Shown piece by piece: positions 57,113-64,000 of a stretch of 64,000 nt of DNA; position 1 is the first letter of the stretch; each line of letters opens with the position of its first letter. Made by a program: the position numbers and the translations under genes. The DNA is taken from assembly GCF_009914755.1 (NCBI RefSeq), contig NC_060927.1; one strand, given 5' to 3'. This DNA comes from the human T2T-CHM13v2.0 reference genome, Homo sapiens. The notes under the pieces were generated by a model, which was not told the origin of the DNA, ran no database searches, and saw nothing but the letters and a program-made list of their open reading frames with translations.

Positions 57113-58837
57113 TTAAAAATTTAGTCTATTAGTCTTTAAAAACCAGAGTCACTGATTGGCTCCAAAGAAGTTCTTGCCATTTTTTTTTTTCCTGACGATG
57201 CAGTTGGTCACTTGAGGAACAGAACTGTCCAATACCCCAAATTTCTGAGTTGTGCCTGCAGACTAAGCTCCTCCTTGGGACCTTGTTATTATCTTTTATT
57301 TTGTAAACTATTCCTTGGCTGTGTCTCACTAATGAAACTGCCTTATGAGAGCAAAGATTGTGTTAATATCTTCTGAACCATTTCCACATTGTTTGGTATA
57401 GTCCTCTATGGGCACATAAACGCTCAAGTGCACTCAATAAATATATGTACTGGATATCTTTTTCAAATTATTTCATACTGAAATTACATTATATGGCCAA
57501 CTTTGATAGAAGGTGATTTTGAATTAGATGAAAAGTTTTAATTAGACTTTTAAGGAAATAAAATAGTTTCAAGCACCTAAATAAAAATTCATTAAAATTA
57601 ATAAGATGTTGCCGGGTAAAGATGCTTAAAACTTGCTCCGAAGGACAGATAAGGCTTTATTTTTAATTAATAATATCCCTTTGTCCACAAACAATTTACC
57701 ATTTGTTTGTTCTTTTGAGAGGATTAAACATTCCCCCATCTCACTCTTACCATGTCCCAGGACTTATTTACCCTCTTTGTTTTCCAAGCAATCTTACCAC
57801 AATGGTCAAGGCAATAGCACTTGATCTTCATTCATGTATAGCTGGCTTTGAATCAGTAAAGTTTTAATATCAGGCTTCCTCTGATGAATGTGGTTCTAAG
57901 TTACTAGAGATTATTTTATCCTAAGGATGAGCATCTCTATTATACACCTGCAAGCAACTTTTCCTATCTAGGGTGGTCTATCTTAAAAACATTTTTTTCT
58001 TTTGCCTTTGGCCTTACATTGAGGCTGGCATAAATAATACATATTTCATAATTAATAAGTAAATGTAGAAAGATATGTTGTTTTATTTTTTATATGATAA
58101 ATCCCAAATTTGTTATAGTTTGAGAGGCCTTTGAGGATTGTGTGAAATATGTAACAAAAAATGTAATCCCAATTAAAGGGTTATTGGTATTATTTTTCAA
58201 TTCCTTGTCAAATATCTCAGATCATTTGCAAACAGGCATTTTTTTTGGTGTTATTTTTAAGTAAAGGAAAATGACTAAAATACAAAGATATAAAAATTAC
58301 TTTTTCTAAAAATTCTGCCCTGCCTCCCCAAATATAAGAACTCTAGACTGTTTGTACCTTACTTGCACAAATGGAGGGACATCTTAACATTCAAGAGAAA
58401 GTAAAGCATGAGAATCATTCATCATCAACATAGGTAGTTGCTTAGACTATGCTGAAGCAATGGTGTTTTGGGCATAGAGGGAGGTGAGACATAGCCTCTT
58501 TTGGAAAGGAAGTAGGGAAAGAGGTCTTGAGGCCTGGTTTCTCAGTGTATTTTATGATTGGAAAGTATTCCAAAGTAAATATAATAAACAAGATTCCCTG
58601 CAGGTAAATATGGGGTCAAGACAATGAAAATGTTCCCTTGGATTCATATGATTACCTTTGGAATTCTTTTACTTATCAGGGATTAGATGTATTTCCCCAA
58701 TTTCTTGCCTCTAGTAAATAAAATATATATACCAAATTAAAAAAAAAAGTCACAAGGAAGAATTTCATCCTCCTACTAAATTGGAGGCCATTAAATGTTG
58801 AAGGTCATTATCTTGGAGCAAGAAGATTAAATTCTCC

Positions 58838-59176
<339 letters not shown>

Positions 59177-59993
59177 TAAATATTGTTACTAAATTATTGA
59201 ATCTAAGAGCAAACTTATCCAGATGTCATAAGGTAGAATTATACTATATCATTTTTATTCCAGAGGAAGGCAATTAACTAGTGAATTGGAATTCACCCCC
59301 TTTATGAATGTTTAAGGCACATTCTACTGCTAATTGCTGAGCCAGAATTGTAGACTCAAGTTGAAGCCTGACTATTCAGTAGCCTTCTCTGTGGCTTTCC
59401 CCATTTTCTGGCAGGTGCAAGTGTTTTTATCAGCTGGTTCCCCAGTCACCAAATGTCCGAGTTTTGTTGATATAACTTAAGAAAGTAAACTACAGAAACT
59501 AGGCCAAGTTTACAAGCTACTAGCCAAGAAGGTCTGCAGCTAAGGTACTCCATCTGCCTGTCTTCCCTGAAACAGCTCCAAGAGAGAAGCTGAGACTTTG
59601 GGAATTCCTATTCTAAAATTGTGGAATTGACTCTGGCACCTCTGCTTATCCACATTTCTCTGGGGGTCATTGGCAACGTGTGGGTTGGCTCCTCATAATG
59701 CTCTTGGGTTCCTTAAAAGCAGATGAATAATAGTCTCTCACTTTGTGGAGAAGAGTTAGGAAAAGTATAGAAAGATCTTAAAGCTGCAAGCCACAGTCAG
59801 CGTGTAGCTGGGGGTGGTCAAGGTGATTACCAGCTAATGGAGCCAGTGGAGCCTAAGTGGTCAGTGGAGGAGAAAGTAGGAAGGCCACGTGGCATGTTGG
59901 CACCAACACCCAGACTGGAGTCAGAAGAGAGGAGTTTCAATCCCAGCTCTGCCTTTTATAAACTCTTCTCTCTAAACTTCTGTTTTATCTTTT

Positions 59994-60413
59994 TTTATTT
60001 TATTATTGTTATACTTTAAGTTTTAGGGTACATGTGCACAACGTGCAGGTTTGTCACATATGTATACATGTGCCATGTTGGTGTGCTGCACCCCTTAACT
60101 CATCATTTACATTAGGTATATCTCCTAATGCTATCCCTCCCCCCTCCCCCTACTCCATGACAAGCCCCAGTGTGTGATATTCCCCTTCCTGTGTCCATGT
60201 GTTCTCATTGTTCAATTCCCACCTATGAGTGAGAATATGTGGTGTTTGGTTTTTTGTCCTTGCGATAGTTTGCTGAGAATGATGATTTCCAGCTTCATCC
60301 ATGTCCCTACAAAGGACGTGAACTCATCATTTTTTATGGCTGCATAGTATTCCATGGTGTATATGTGCCACATTTTCTTTATCCAGTCTATCATTGTTGG
60401 ACATTTGGGTTGG
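59994..60413 (-). mobile_element. 5'-truncated L1PA (~420 bp) inserted in a MIR
   Basis: ORF2 C-terminus DWIKKMWHIYTMEYYAAIKNDEF...SLIGGN; TSD ctgttttatctttt at 59980-59993 and 60414-60427. Confidence 0.96.
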
Positions 60414-61121
60414 CTGTTTTATCTTTTGAAAATAGGATGGCATTACTGTCTACTTCATAGATTTTTGAGAATTACATGAAATAGTACACATGAAAGCACC
60501 TTCCATAATGCCCAGCACATAGTAGGTACTGAAATATGAATTGACTATGAACTATGACTGCTAAGCTCATGGGCTCTGTTGGCTTAATTGTCTCTATGAG
60601 ACAGGTGGCAAAGTATGCAATCTTTTGCTTGTATTCATCCATGGAATAAGTGGCAATGGTTCTCCTAGTCTTACTGTTGCAGAGCATTCTATCATCTGAA
60701 TGTACCACAATTTACCCATTTAACTGTTGATGGATATTTGAGTTCTTCCAGTTTAGGGCAATTATAGAGAACACTGCAATGAACTTGAATTTAGAAGCCA
60801 CAGGGGACCTAAGAAGACCAAATAAAATAAACTGAAAAATAGATGTGAAAAGAGCAGAGAGACTTAAATATCAGCAATAGAAGCAGCAAATAATGAATGT
60901 ACAGAGAAAATGCGTTATCCATGAGCAAATTAAGAGGAAGTCTGAGTCTCTGTAGCCAAGTTGAGATGACTTAAGTCAAAGCAAAGACAAGTGTTGAGAT
61001 GACTTAAATTAAAAGAGACTAATAGGGTACAGAGATCAAGGAGCAGAAGCAAGACCAGGATGCTGAATGTAGCCACAAGCAGATAATAACAAACCAGTTT
61101 CTAATGATTTGGGATTAATAA

Positions 61122-61524
61122 CTGTCAGGAGCTGAGTTGTGTACTCCCAAAATCATAGGTTTTCCTATCTCATAGATACTAAGCCCCAGTATTTAAGACT
61201 GTGACTGTGTTTGGAAACAGGGTTGTTAAAGAGGTAATTAAGTTAAAAGGAAGTCATTGGAGTGGGTCCTAATCCAATATGACTGGTATTCTTATAAGAA
61301 AAGGAAATTAAGACACAGACATTCACAGAGGGAAGACCATGTGAAGACACAGGGAGAAGACATCCACTGACAGCCAAGGAGGGAGGCCTCTGAAGAAACC
61401 AACCCTGCCCACACCTTGATCTCAAGCCTTCAGCCTCCAGAAACGGGAGAAAATAAAATAAATTTCTATGGCTTAAGCCACCAATCTGTGGTACTTTGTC
61501 ATGGAAGCCCTAGTAAACTAAACA
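61122..61524 (+). mobile_element. MLT1B-like LTR
   Basis: ccatgtgaagacacagggagaagacatcc...agccaagga...cagcctccagaa. Confidence 0.85.
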
Positions 61525-64000
61525 GTAATAGAACAACCACCCATGAATGACTACGAAGCGGTCTTACTCTTACATCTCTGTTTAGAAAAATCCAGAAAGA
61601 ATTCACTAACAATGTTACTTTAAGCCTTCTTAGCTAATTCCTTTTGTGGTTTCTAGTCTGTTCAAAAGGACTTCATAGGGATTGAAAACCAGAAATTTGG
61701 AAGCCTTGGCCTCCTACAACATGCCATGACCTGACTGTCAAGGAGAATTGCCCAAAATAAATGTAAATGAAGATTGTACCTCAAGTGGTCATTCAGTGCC
61801 AGCAGAGCTGTGCTTTCTCTCACCAAATGGAGGCTTTAGTCACATGACCTCAAATTACAGTTTTGAACTGCTTGAAAACAATTTTCTTGTGAAAAAGCAA
61901 ATTTCTTTTGATTTCTAAATGTGAATGCTCCAAGGAAGCTATTTGTTTCCAGCTAAAAGTTTATTAAATTATATACACTTAGAGGCTTCTATTAGTTAAT
62001 ATAGACATTAGTCAAGATATATAGTTGATATGTATGTAAACAGAAAACAAATTAAAAAAAGAACATTTGGAAAATAATCCTGTACCACTGATAGTTTTTA
62101 AATTTTATTTGAAGAAAGCTCTTGCCAGTATCTCTGTAGCATATTCTGGGGTAGGGCTTACACCTTGTCTCTGCTGTCAGACACAGCCTGACTCGTTTCA
62201 ACTTATAAATGAAGACATTAGCTTAGATGATATCCATGGGGGACTTTAGATGAGTTAGAACCCTGGGAGTGGCAGAATATTTTAATAAAGCCAGTTTCCC
62301 TTTTTCTAATCACCATAAATGTATAATTCACCTTTCTATGGGTATGCAGATGATGTACAAGTTCATTTAACTTTTCTGTCAAACTTTCTGGTTATAATCA
62401 CAGTATGGATTCATTTCAAATGTAGAACACCTCTTATAAATGTCAATACACGTATGAAGTTTGCTCTTGGAGCTACCATTTAAGCACTTATTAAAAGAAA
62501 AAAAACCCTCTCAATTCTCTTCCCCACCATACTTATTGACATTCATGAAGATGAGAGGCTAGCCTAGGAGTACAACCAGGTAGCGCACTCCAGACAGAAA
62601 AATTCCAGTGGTTTTGAAGCCAGTGTCTGGGCTGTGCTTAGACTCAAGTCCCACAATCTATATTCCATATTTCTGTTCTTAGAGGTTTGCTTTAACTGAC
62701 AAAACAGAAGGGGAAGAAAACAGTTGTCAAGTGCCTGCCTTTTCTCGTGTGTTATTCTGTTTGCTTATCAATTCCAAGCTGCTGAGGGATACCCTAGCCC
62801 AGTGGAATGTGGCAACATAGCTTTATATGTGTGCTTGCTGAGGTTAGGCGGGGTTTCTGTTGATAGAACATGGGACATGGTGCAGGGAAACAAGGAGTTT
62901 GAGACTCAGAAACAATAATACTTTCTTGTGTGATCTCGGGCAGAGATCTTTTTTTTCTCTAAGTTGGAGAGTGCCAATGATACTAATAACTGCCTTACTG
63001 ACATGGCAGAGTTTTTGTGAGGATAAACTAGGTAATATATGTAAAAGTAAGAATTCAATACGCTCTAATAATATTATAAATCAGCAAAATCCTGTTAGCT
63101 GAGTAAATTATTTTCCATGTCTATTTGGGAGTCCATAGAATCTGAAAGGACTATTTATAATTTGAAATAGTAACTTGATAATGCTACACTATAATGAAAA
63201 AGTTAATGGACTTCTCCTAACAATAGAAATCCAAAGCAAGTCTGGATCTGGTCCATTATAGTTGCAGTTGCAAGACTCCAAGGTACCGTAAGATTGCTAA
63301 TGAATTCACAGACTGTTTTATGTGCTCTAGGATTGACAAATATAGAACCATGTTAGGAAATCTATCCAACCACAGTTATATAATCACAACAAAAAAGATG
63401 ACTTTCAACTTTCAAAGTCTAAGAAAGGATTCAAAATAGAAGACTTTAAGACTGCTGGAATAGTTCAAGCAATTCCAAAACTATATATTTTTACTAATTA
63501 GTACACTGGTTTGTCTGATGAATTATAAATAGGCATCACATATCTTGTTTCCAATTTGGAAAGACTAGAACACTTTGGTGGACTGTTTAGTTCATAAAGG
63601 TATTGGATCATTTCTACTCTTTACTGGGCATGAAACATGATTGCCTGTATCTCTCTATCTCCTATACTGGAAATATGCCCATACTCTGTGTCTCAAGCCA
63701 TTGTTAATGGAAGAGTAATTTGATAATATTGGTTTCAAGTTGCTTAAAAGTTTTTCTCAATCTGCTATAAATGGACTCCCCACTAACCCCTACATTTTCT
63801 TCTTTCTAACTCTCAGATATATATCAAAAGAGACTAAATTAACATTTAAAAGTGATTTGGCCTGAACTCAGTTCAATCTGCTAAATAATGAATTATGGCC
63901 TTTTGGGTCCAAAGATAAAAGCAACTACATGATACTGATGTTTTATGAGACAGGTTGAAATTGATACTAATTCTAGGTAGATGTTATATGTACAAAAAAT

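Noticed and set aside
60212-60394. 60-aa ORF MIDWIKKMWHIY
   Set aside because: C-terminus of L1 ORF2 in a 5'-truncated copy with no promoter.

Overview
Primate, almost certainly human, genomic DNA. It is AT-rich, CpG-poor and dense in Alu, L1, MIR, L2, MaLR and ERV1 elements. The whole window lies inside PEX5L (TRIP8b, the HCN-channel auxiliary subunit) on the minus strand. Six coding exons (TRIP8b exons 4-9; 729 nt, 243 codons) splice together in frame with canonical GT-AG sites, and a 66-nt cassette exon (3a-type) lies upstream of them. I found no prokaryotic-type system, and most ORF-track entries are repeat-derived or chance ORFs. The most unusual observations are: (1) a mosaic templated insertion at ~21322-21596 built from nearby sequences, inside nested ERV1 LTRs; (2) an Alu with an internal fold-back inversion forming a ~110-nt hairpin; (3) candidate extra PEX5L exons in intron 4, two with an ATG in frame with exon 5; (4) plus-strand splice signals interlocked with PEX5L exons, suggesting antisense transcripts. 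Repeat subfamily names are from memory of consensus sequences, and boundaries are approximate unless a target-site duplication (TSD) is quoted.
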